Source of the DNA: Eledone cirrhosa
Taxonomy: Eukaryota
Direction of reading: 5' to 3'
Length of the DNA: 64,000 bases
NCBI GenBank assembly: GCA_964016885.1
Contig: OZ024740.1
Span: forward strand, 52,142,001 to 52,206,000
Under the pieces are notes generated by a model, which saw only the letters and a list, made by a program, of their open reading frames with translations, had not been told where the DNA came from and did not search any database. A program made the position numbers and the translations under genes. Numbering within the stretch: position 1 is the first letter of the stretch; each line of letters begins with the position of its first letter. Shown piece after piece: positions 52,887-64,000 of the stretch.

Positions 52887-53586
52887 AACCCTGCGATGGA
52901 CTGGCGTCCTGTCCATGGGGGGGGGGGGAGTCTTGTACTCTCAGTCGCTTAACGCCATGAAACCGGGATAAGCACCGGCCAAATGAGCCTTCTGGCTTAA
53001 GACAGACTTTAGACTTTTTTTCTATGAATGCTAACCTGGATTTCAACAACATTAATGATAACACAGTTCGCATTCAGAACCGGATTCAGAATCATGTAGG
53101 ATTGGTGGACACTGGTCCAAATCATTGGTGGATACTGGTCCAAGGATGAAGATTCTCAGTTGATATAGTACCTATTCTAGACAACTAGCTGGATTGAGGT
53201 TAGGCAGAATAAAATGCTTGACGCCGAAACAGGACACCTGAGTTGTTATATATAATTCAATTTAGAATATAAATAAGTACACGCCATTTAATTGTAGAGA
53301 ATATTCGCGAAAAACTATAGATAATGTAAAATACTAATACTGTATATATTACACACATAATCCTGGAATGGGTTGTGTGTTGTGTTCTTGAGCAAAACAC
53401 TTCATTTCATGTTGCTCCAATATACACAACTGAAAATAAGTACCATCAATAGCTGGAAGTATAACTCTGCGATGGACTGGTGTCCTGTCCAGTAGGAGTA
53501 TTGTACTCTCAGACGCTTAACGTCATGGAAACTGGGATAAGCACTGGCCTGATGAACCTCCGAGCTTCAGACAGTCTTTAGACTTA
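52887..53586 (+). mobile_element. Two V-domain-like SINE copies (52887-53014; ~53370-53586)
   Basis: CCCTGCGATGGACTGG..TCCTGTCCA..GAAACCGGGATAAGC..CAGACTTTAGACT repeated. Confidence 0.7.
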
Positions 53587-54804
53587 GATGTATTACCCAT
53601 GATGCATTTCATACACTACTGGGTTATTTGAATCATTCTATACTATGCTATAATACACTATAGGACAAATCTATAGATTTTAGCCGTGTAAACCATTTAT
53701 AATTAATTAGATACACTAGACAGGCATAAACAGTTGCTTGTTTGTTCATACAATTTAATCGTGAACAAACGCTGGAGTATAGTTTTAAAATATTATACTT
53801 GTATAATATATCTAGGATAAGTCGATTGGGTGAGTCCATCCTTCACCAGGCTATACTATGAATTGCAAGATAACGATAATTTTATAGCCATCCTATTTTT
53901 TACTGAGACAAACTCTTTAATTTTGTGCTACCCAGTTAAGTCGAGATGTACTGAGCATGTTATATCTATGGTGTTTTATAGTTTAGAAAGAGAAGGAAAA
54001 GCAGGGCTAAAAGAATTTGCATGACCTCCAAAAATCACGGGGTCAAGGAGTCAGGGAGAAACAAAGACTCGTGAGTTAGTCTCAGCTTGTGGATGAGGAC
54101 AGAATTTTTTCAACAGAGTTGACTGTTAAAAAAGTACAACAGCCAGGTTGTAGTGTTAAACCTGGAGATCGATTAAGACTACCAATCAAGAAAAGCAGAT
54201 ACAATCTATCCGATAGGATTTCATTTAGTTTCTGACTACCAAATTTCATTCACAAAGTTTGAAGCTTTGGTAGGAGATACTTGTCTAAGGTAACGCAAAT
54301 TAAGATCAGTCATGGACCATGTGATTTCGGATGGAACGTCTTAAACATTTGGTTAAGCTTGTTCGCATTTGGCATCAGTAAGGTGAACAACGGTAAGTAG
54401 ATACGGACGACCACCCTTCCCAGTGATCTGATTATATGTTATTCATACTAATCATTCGCCCGGTTTAACACAACAATCTGATGTTTCGGTGATCTATAAG
54501 CATTTGGGACTGGTTCCCAGTCTGAGGATGACTTCCACCTTACCATCAATTTCAGAGTCCCTCAAGGGAGATGAGCATTGCCCTTCCTCTAATTAATTCA
54601 TTAAAAAATGTAAATGATATTCTGTAGAAATCAGAAACTCCAAATATAAAGATCTGAAAATAAAAATAACTAGAACGTAGTGACTGAAAAACAGAAATAA
54701 TCCTTATCGTCAAAGGCCTCTTATGTTTTATTTAAAAAAGATGCAGACAATATATAGTAATACGAAAACGAAAGATGGAGCAAAAGATGTTACGCAATAT
54801 ATTA

Positions 54805-55975
54805 TCTCTATATATATATAAAACAGAGGATGTCTGTCTGTGTAAATCTCTAAAACTCGAGAAGTACCTGACCTATTTTTTTCAAACTTTACACATGCGT
54901 TACTTATATTTCTTGAAGTATAATAGACTAAAATATTTTAACTTTTTCTGCCCTAGGGCCCGCATTAGGCGAACACCCGCATTTAAAAGGCATTTTTAGG
55001 CTTTTTTTTTAGGCGTAACTTAAAGATAATCCAGCCGATTTCCTCGAAATTTGCAGCACACATTAGTTACTCACCTCGCATTGCTGTGGGCAAAAGAAAA
55101 AAAAAGATTTCTGATTCCATTAATCGTTTCTAGGAAATTTACGAATTTGCATTGGGCATTACATGCCATTTTCATTTTCAATATAAACGGTACGTAAACA
55201 TCGTAAGTAGCGTATAATATTTCGTTAAAAATTTGGTTTATTTAACAGAGGACACAACACTTACTTACTTTTAAGCAGGACCATTTTCGGGAGATTGAGG
55301 AAATTTTTGTCGGCGCCCTGTTGACGCTTCATGCTTTCATCACGCGCAAATCCGAGCCCTGTGTACGTTGCCGTGTTATTGACACCGTAAAACTCACGTC
55401 TGTGCTACTTCTACTAAGACCCCTTTTGTTGCACCTACACCGCAGTATGAACGCCCTGGGCAAGTGCACCGAACAGCGGTTGTGCTAATTCCGCGGTGAC
55501 CCCTTTTGTCGCACCTTCGTTGCTGTGTAAACGCAGTGAAACCAGTGCTGCCCAGCGTTTGTGCTAATTGCATTATGACCCCCTTCTGCTACAGCTGCGT
55601 TGCCATGCTGATTTCGTCATCTTAATATCCCTACTTAAACGTACATCCCTACTTGGTTTTCACACAATTGACTACGTCGCTCCTTCAAATTGACGTGTGT
55701 TCCCCATCCGTGACGTAATTCGCGAACAGACTTACGATATACATCGCCCCACAACACCTACTTACTCCTTTCGCATACAGGATTTCCGCAATCAGCCTTC
55801 TGACACTGCTACTATTAGAATCGGCCTGCTGGTGTTCTACGTTTCCAGTAGATGAACAATCATTCCCTGAGAATAAGGGAATTCAAAAAATACTCAGCTA
55901 CATTCCTCAATCTTTGCATATGCGTGTTGCTATTTCACGTTTCCTATCCCATGCAACGTTGGGTCCTGCTGCTAG
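54805..55975 (+). mobile_element. Non-autonomous Helitron-like element
   Basis: A|TCTCTATATATATATAAA start, CCCATGCAACGTTGGG hairpin then CTAG|T end; internal ~80-bp degenerate tandem repeats (GACCCCTTTTGT). Confidence 0.75.
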
Positions 55976-56889
55976 TATCTAATATACGTCAAGAACCGTT
56001 GCTGAGCCAGTTGATGCCAGGCTATTATGGATATAGAAACACGTATTTTGGTGCATAATAAACTTGGGTGACATCATGACCCCTCTAGCTCGCAGTAATC
56101 CACCTAACTTATATTGTCAGAAACAAAGTCTGTTGATGACAGCCAACAAGTAACCTCGTCTATATTTTCACATTTTCCTAGAGCTGGATAATCCACAACG
56201 TTAGCAAAAGGTGAGCTTTTGTTGTTGGTACTATTGTTGTTGTCTTTTGCTGTTTTTGTGGCTTCACTTAACGTTTTCAGCACTATTGTTGCAAGTATCT
56301 CTTTGTTCACTTGCCACATTTTAAATCTGTGTTTTTCGATTCTCCTGTTTTAAAATTGTTGAGACGATTGAATCATTTTGCTTTTACTACCACCACTGGG
56401 ATGTATATTTAGTCCCAGTACATTTGATGGGACTGTTTTATAACAAGAACAACATTTCAAATTAGTGGGCTTGTAGAAATATAGACAGTAAAAAATGACA
56501 TTTCTCCACGACTTGAAAATGGAATGGTGGTGGTTAAATCATCCACGAAGTATTACTTGTAAGTAGTTTAGAATTAAAAGAGCAGAAAAAATACCTTTCG
56601 ATCAGTTGAACATCTTTTTCGAAATATCTGTGAAACAGCCATTCATGGCAAAAAATAGTATTAACAATAAAAGGGTAAAGACCCCACCTTCAGTCACGAA
56701 TGATGATGGGATTTGTATCTAGAAAGTTCCCCTCCGTGGCAGAAGTCCGGGCAACGTTGTTTGTGGAAGACCAGCTGTCGCCCACTCTAACCACAAAGCC
56801 ATACACCTCCACAGTAATAATAATATCATAACAATAATAAGCATTTCTTTTCTTGGCTACAATGGCCCAAATTTTTAGGAACAAACATC

Positions 56890-58250
56890 ATCATCATCAT
56901 CATCTGATAAAACTTGCTTAGATTTGTTTGACTCGATGCAATACATTTCGATCTTGCATAGTGTTTGGAAGGTCAGCAGGACAACACCCTGTGTCCACAC
57001 AGAGTTAGTTGATGAAGGTTTTTGCAAGATGGTCAACCCATGTATATCAATGTTGCTGTGTCGATAGACGAATTTCACTAATGAGTTCTAGCTTATCTCT
57101 CCAGCAATGTTCTGCAAAGTACATGTCCAACAGCTGATTGGTTTTTCCTGAATCTCTTTTGGTTTCTACGTAAGAGCATCCCAAATCATGGTTATATACG
57201 GTTCAGCACAATTTTCTGATGTCACCGTAGGGACTACCCATCTTTAAATGTTTGCATCACCTAAATTATCTTCATTTGGGAGTAAAAGAATACAACTTTC
57301 TGTCCACCTTTCAATTGGGTTTTGATTGTATATTGCATTAACAAAACCGAAGGAGAATATCATTGAATACCGCTGTCTTCCAGAATTATGTTTTGCATAT
57401 ATTCCAGTACATCAGCTGAATTCTGGTTGGACAGTATGCGATTATCATAGCTGATTCCTTCAAAGGAATTATATACGTCGCAGTTTAGAGCGCTGTCTTT
57501 TCTCGTTTTATTTATAAACATGATTCATGTTGAATCTTGATACCATTGCGATAGTTATGCATCTATAGCTTGGATCTCTCGTTTTGAAATGACTATTTAT
57601 GTATAGTAAATTATTTCCATGAATAAAATTTAGCAGATTCTGATTATTTCGATTGATTGAATAGTGAAAAGGCAAATTTATCAATTCATGTCCAACAATC
57701 ATTAGGACATGGTGTTTGGAGACTTGTCGAACAAGAAAGGACAGCTCGGTATCGAATTGGTTTGACTTTAGCATGAGATGACAGTGGTGCAAGGGTTGCC
57801 TTTGAATGTTGCGATATTCATTCTAGGGAAAAATTCTCTACACAGTTTAGAGATTTTAGGGTCTGAGCATTTCTACTTCTCTATTTGTTGCGTTTATTGT
57901 GTTTTTTCATTCTGAACCAGATATGACTGCCGTCGTTGTTGTTCTTGGTGCTGTGGATTCTGTTATTATTATTTTGGGGGTTTGGGGAGCAGCAGGGATC
58001 GTCGAAACCTTCTGTTTTGTTTCCTCTAGGGAAAAAGACATTGTGTTCTTCTCTCGTAGGCGTATCTTTTAGGATTCCACGTTTTCTCCTCAATACGTAA
58101 CATATAGCATACCATTTATCGTTCAGGAACATCTATGCCAGGTGGTCATTTTAAATCGAGGGACAGATTAAGCCTACTTACTCAGAACAAGAATGTTTTC
58201 TATGGGGGATTCCTCACAATTGCTCCTCTTAAGGTTGAGTGCCAGAAACG
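56890..58250 (-). pseudogene. Highly decayed APE/RT LINE fragments (RTE-like)
   Basis: KHHVLMIVG..NRNNQNLLNFIHGNNLLYINSHFK resembles LINE endonuclease; (CAT)n tail at ~56887. Confidence 0.45.
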
Positions 58251-58707
58251 AAATTTCCCAGTATTTTCTTACTTTCTGAATATAAATGCCACCAAAATTT
58301 ACTTTCGGTGTTGATGATATAACGATTAGTAATATATTAGGGTTGGTTCAATTAATTGTACACCCCTCCCCTATGAATTAGTGGTTTTGTGACAACGCAA
58401 GATATACTTATATTCAAGCAAAGATTCATTCAAAAGTCATAGAGGTGGAGAAATCATGACATACTGTCGTATATGTTAAATTTTATTATGAAACTAGGTT
58501 CTCTACCAATTTACTGGAAGGTTGTGTTTGAACAATTGACGTTCTAACACACCTATGGGCTGACTCTTACGATACATATCAAACAATAATTTGTTTCATC
58601 ACTTCGCTGGCTTTACTTGCTTACGGTATTGTACTTTCTCTTTACTCCCCACGAAACAACAGTGATAATCACAATTTCTAACTTCACATCTCAAAGAGAC
58701 ACACGCA

Positions 58708-58785
<78 letters not shown>

Positions 58786-58911
58786 ATTATTACATATATT
58801 GTATTGTAAAACCGATTGTTCGAAAGAATATGGTTTCTCAGAAATTCAAACACTGTCGTCTTTGCAATTATTATTGGATAGAGTGAAAAACAAACAAAAC
58901 GAAAAATCGAA

Positions 58912-58998
<87 letters not shown>

Positions 58999-59034
58999 CA
59001 TGTATATATACACACACACACGCACACATATATA

Positions 59035-59108
<74 letters not shown>

Positions 59109-59134
59109 CATGTATATATATACACACACACACG

Positions 59135-59193
<59 letters not shown>

Positions 59194-59770
59194 CAATGCA
59201 TGCATATATGTATGTATACATATATGTGGGTGTATATATAAATATATACGTATATGTGTACACACACAAATAAACTCTCTCTCTGTCTCTCTCTTTCACA
59301 CACACACACACACACACACGCACACATACACATACACACATATTATTTAATAAAATTATTATTTAATGTTGTAGTCATGGGAGGTTATAACACATTCACA
59401 GAGAATTTCCATTATTTGTTATCTTAGAAGTTAAAAAAGTGATTTGCTCGACTCTTATAGAGAAAGATATTATATTCAATTCTCTGTTGTAAACTACAAG
59501 TGTAAAATACCGACAGTAAATATATTCCTCCTGGGTAAATGTTGGTAGAATACAATGGCAGTAGTATATGGTAATGTCATATATATAGGACAATAAATAA
59601 CCAGAACATAGCAGCGTGTACAAATAAATGGAAGATTGTTTAGGATTTAGACGGAGTACAAAAATAATGGAAAATAGTTGTGTATATATATATATATATA
59701 TATGTATGTATATACATACACAAACAAATACATATATATATAATTGTGTTTGTGTGTCTATGCGTGTATG

Positions 59771-59806
<36 letters not shown>

Positions 59807-60208
59807 TATATATATTTATATATAGAGAGCGATAGACAGATGAATGTGTATGTGTGTGTGTGTGTGTGTAGGTGAGTACCCGACAAATGTTGTCGGTCTA
59901 TATGTGATCATATGTTGCTATTTTACGAAGCAACCTTTCATTGAAATCACGTTAACAATAGTTATGCTTCCTTAGCTGCTGCAGGGGACTATCCATCATA
60001 GCTGCACTGCTGGCTGGTTGATTATAAAGTTTTTACAAACACAGTTCTTGGCACTGTTTTCATCAATCCTCAACCTAATTCAATGGGATGATCTGTTATA
60101 TCTGTTATATATTCGAAATAAGAAAGAAAATCTGTTCTTCCGCATATACAGATGCGTATACTTACAAACGTGTACAAACGGACTCCGATACACATGCATA
60201 CATATATA

Positions 60209-61428
60209 CAGGCTCCGGACGGTATTTGAGTACATATTTTAAGCATCAATAACTGCCTCTATACGGGGTCGAAATCGTTTGCAAGCTCGGATTAAGTGGT
60301 CCTTGTTCATAGCGGACATGACTCGAATTATGGCGGCTTTCAAAGAATCTTTGGTGCTATGGGAGTGTTCATTGACATTTTTCTCAACGATGCTCCATAC
60401 ATAGTCCAGTGGATTGAAACCTGGAGAATTAGGAGGCCAAATGTTAGGGGCGATGTGATCATGCAAATTGTCGGCCATCCATTCTTGTGCCATTTGAGCC
60501 TTGTGTGGTGGTGCAGAATCTTGTTGAAAGACATAAAGCCTTCCATTGAATACACTGTTGATCCAAGGCTTAACAACTTTATCCAGAACCTAAATATATG
60601 CAGCAGCATTCACTCTAAGGCCTTGTGGAAAAAAGTGAGGTGGCATCGCATGTCCTTCATTGCTAACAACACCCAAAACCATGACACTTGCAGGAAATTT
60701 TGTGTGCATTACTCTTGGAACCTCAGAAGGGTCTGCACATAGCTACCTGTCATTTCTTCTGTTAGTTTTGTGATCCTGGTCAAAGTTTTTCTCATCTGAG
60801 AAAAAACATTTCATGCACAACATTTCTGATTGCTTTTTCTGACACACCAAAATGTTTTGCAATTGACCTCATTGATTTTCCTGGATTGTCATCAATGTTT
60901 TGCTTAACTATCCAGGTGTCCTGACACAATCAGAGCGTTTGGAATGTTTTTTACGTTTTGATACAGGTAATACGCTTCCATCAGCTTTCTCTAACTCACA
61001 CTGAATCTTGTGGACAAAAGATCTTGCAACTTTCAGAAAACGAGAAATTTCTAAATCACCATGTTTAACCTTCAAAGCCACAATAACAGCATGCCTTTTC
61101 ATTTCATAAGTAAGCATAGTTATTTTCATTGTTATTTTCTGAAATGGAAGTTCAATAAAAATTAGTCAAATAAAATAATTGTTTCTACTTTTGGCACAAG
61201 GCCAGCAACTACCCAGTACATTACTGGTACTTTATTTTATCGACCTCGTAAGGATGAAAGGCAAAATTAACCTCGGCGGGATTTGAACTCAGATCGTAAA
61301 GGGACGTAACTATGCTGTAAAGCATGTCCGACCCTCTACCGATACTGCCAATTCACCGCCCTTAATCAAATAGTCAAATAAAATAATAACTAAAAATACA
61401 TGTGACCTCAAATACCGTCTGCACCCTG
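60209..61428 (-). mobile_element. DD37D (maT) Tc1/mariner transposon, decayed; SINE inserted at ~61176-61361
   Basis: TIRs CAGG..GACGGTATTTGAG / CTCAAATACCGTC..CCTG; FQQD-(37 aa)-D in QDSAPPHKA..WPPNSPGFNPLDY. Confidence 0.88.
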
Positions 61429-61446
61429 TGTGTGTATATATATATA

Positions 61447-61578
<132 letters not shown>

Positions 61579-61596
61579 TATATATATATATATATT

Positions 61597-61700
<104 letters not shown>

Positions 61701-61703
61701 ATA

Positions 61704-61782
<79 letters not shown>

Positions 61783-61784
61783 TG

Positions 61785-61868
<84 letters not shown>

Positions 61869-61875
61869 TATATAT

Positions 61876-61965
61876 ATACAATATGTTGAAAAAGTAACAC
61901 ACTAGAGAGAGATACAGTGCGCACTGTATCTCTCTCTAGTGTGTTACCTTTTCAACATATTGTAT
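61876..61965. repeat. 90-bp spacerless palindrome next to long (TA)n
   Basis: Centre GTGC|GCAC at 61920/61921; 1 mismatch. Confidence 0.95.
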
Positions 61966-62049
61966 TTTAAAGAGCTCAGGGTTTCCTCTCCTTTGAGCAC
62001 ATTATTTACAGGGAACGGCGAGAGTCTATGCCTCCGTTAATGTATCGTG

Positions 62050-62092
<43 letters not shown>

Positions 62093-62535
62093 CATATTTG
62101 TACGTATGTAACTCCACTTTTCCCTTCACTGCTCTGTATACACACATACACACCCTTATATTAACATATTAACTTATATCACAGCTTCGTACTTACATGC
62201 ACACACACTCTTTTACTCACATATACACACACATTTCTTAGCTTCGTACGGACGTATAAAAACACACACACACACACACGTACACACACACACTCACACA
62301 CACACACGCTTACGCACGTGCACAAGTATAGCTCTTTTTACAAAACGCTTTTTTTCCATTTCAGGTAGATGCACTCCATCATCCACGTTTCTAAAAAATA
62401 AATCATACACAAAATGCCAGCACCAACAGTTTTGCAAGAGATGTCAACATGAACGGACCTGTTATTTGTTATCTAAAGACATTTTTTCCAATTCTAACCC
62501 GCCCGTCCCCTCAATCTATCTTATTTCTCATTCTT

Positions 62536-62571
62536 TCTTCTGATGAAGGACTAGCGTCCGAAACGTTAAGA
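62536..62571 (+). ncRNA. Minimal PLE-type hammerhead ribozyme
   Basis: TCTT-CTGATGA-A-GGAC-TAGC-GTCC-GAAA-CG-TT-AAGA; palindromic ACGU stem III. Confidence 0.8.
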
Positions 62572-62657
62572 CCCTCTTCCTGCTATATCAAGCGTTAACC
62601 TAATATATCTTTCCATATACTGTACCGATTGTGTTGTTTTTTTCTGTTTACCTTTTA

Positions 62658-62761
<104 letters not shown>

Positions 62762-62884
62762 AGCAGCCAGTTGGTGAGTAATAGTATCTTACTGTCCGTG
62801 GCTCCAGTTTGAGCACTATTCGTTTACGTCAATTGGATATTCAGTATTAAAAGTGTGCATTAACACCGATATATATATATATAT

Positions 62885-63722
62885 ATATGAGAGACATAAA
62901 ATAAGAAAATTATAAAAATTAACTTACTTACTAAAATTTCACTCCAACTAATTAGTTTCTGAAAGGGAATAAACGTAGTTTCCGAAGAAGCGTACGGAGA
63001 AGCCTTTCGTCATCAGGGAAGTCTATTCTCAGCTAAGTTTCCAGGCAATACGTGGACACAGGGAACTTATACAAAAATAATTCAGTGGATGGAAAAAAGC
63101 AAAGCGTGGAATAAATTCCAAGCCATTGAAAAAATCACTGCCTACTGCGTCGGTGGCAAATTCAAAAGAATCAATCACGTGACATCGAGGTCAATCAGCG
63201 AAGAGTGGTTTGTTAAGAAGACAGCAGCCGGACTGTTACTATATAGTAGCAGTTTTGGCCAATTTTTGCTCGACAAAATAATTTGGAGATAATTATAAAG
63301 AATTAGTACATCTACTGACATATATATACAGATGCATACCTATGCCAGCAAATATATAGGTTTTGTCTTAGTAACTTTGTGGTTCAATGCATGGGGATGC
63401 AGAACAATAATATGAGAGCCGTAAAATAAGAAAATTATAAAAATTAACTTACTTACTAAAATTTCACTCCAACTAATTAGTTTCTGAAAGGGAATAAACG
63501 TAGTTTCCGAAGAAGCGTACGGAGAAGCCTTTCGTCACCAGGGAAGTCTATTCTCAGCTAAGTTTCCAGGCAATACGTGGACACAGGGAACTTATACAAA
63601 AATAATTCAGTGCATGCATCCCCATGCATTGAACCGCAAAGTTACTAAGACAAAACCTATATATTTGCTGGCATAGGTATGCATCTGTATATATATGTCA
63701 GTAGATGTACTAATTCTTTATA
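62885..63722 (-). mobile_element. HHR-bearing partial-tandem element (525-bp unit) with inverted terminal segment
   Basis: Direct repeats 62885-63087 and 63410-63612; inverted copy of ~63293-63401 at ~63615-63722; (TA)n flanks. Confidence 0.8.
62942..63020 (-). ncRNA. Type-I hammerhead ribozyme with long stem II (second copy 63467-63545 has mutated core CUGGUGA)
   Basis: TTCC-CTGATGA-C-GAAAGG..CCTTTC-A-GAAA-CTAATTAG-TT-GGAG; palindromic stem III ACTAATTAGT. Confidence 0.65.
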
Positions 63723-64000
63723 TATATATATAATAACGAGTAGGAACGAGATATCAATAAAGCATCAATATTTTTATTCACGTGTGAGGCGCGTTTCACG
63801 ATCGATCAGTTCAATGTGCGATTGCTATTGATGCGGCGCGACTCTGGAACCATTAGCTCATCATACGTGAATAAACATAATGATGATTTTCTTTTTACAT
63901 ATTTGTAAGATAATATGATTAGACAGCTTACTCAACATACTAAATATACCGGTCAATAAATCTTCCTCAGACCAGACTCTATCGATGGAAAAATAAGCAA

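Noticed and set aside
59600-59670. SVYK*MEDCLGFRRSTK resembling a GIY-YIG motif
   Set aside because: Too short and degenerate to call

Overview
AT-rich, microsatellite-dense eukaryotic (metazoan) DNA. The SINE repertoire and the (TA)n/(CATA)n/(TAA)n load suggest a cephalopod/octopus-type genome; this is inference from repeat families, not a database result. No host protein-coding gene is supported. The window is almost entirely transposable elements: an R4/Dong-like RLE LINE, a near-full RTE LINE with non-autonomous derivatives, Tx1/L1, CR1 and CRE fragments, a Penelope-like element (GIY-YIG) with inverted pLTRs, Tigger/pogo, DD37D maT, Chapaev3 and hAT DNA transposons, Helitron-like non-autonomous elements and many tRNA-derived SINEs. 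The most notable signal is a set of nine readable type-I hammerhead ribozyme (HHR) motifs from about five unrelated sequence families, nearly all in elements inserted into (TA)n tracts. These include a ~647-bp non-coding element present in three different circular permutations and a 525-bp HHR-to-HHR partial tandem, i.e. retrozyme-like candidate circular-RNA retroelements with unusually long stem-II insertions, located near a PLE that could mobilise them. Element boundaries were read by eye and may be off by some bases.
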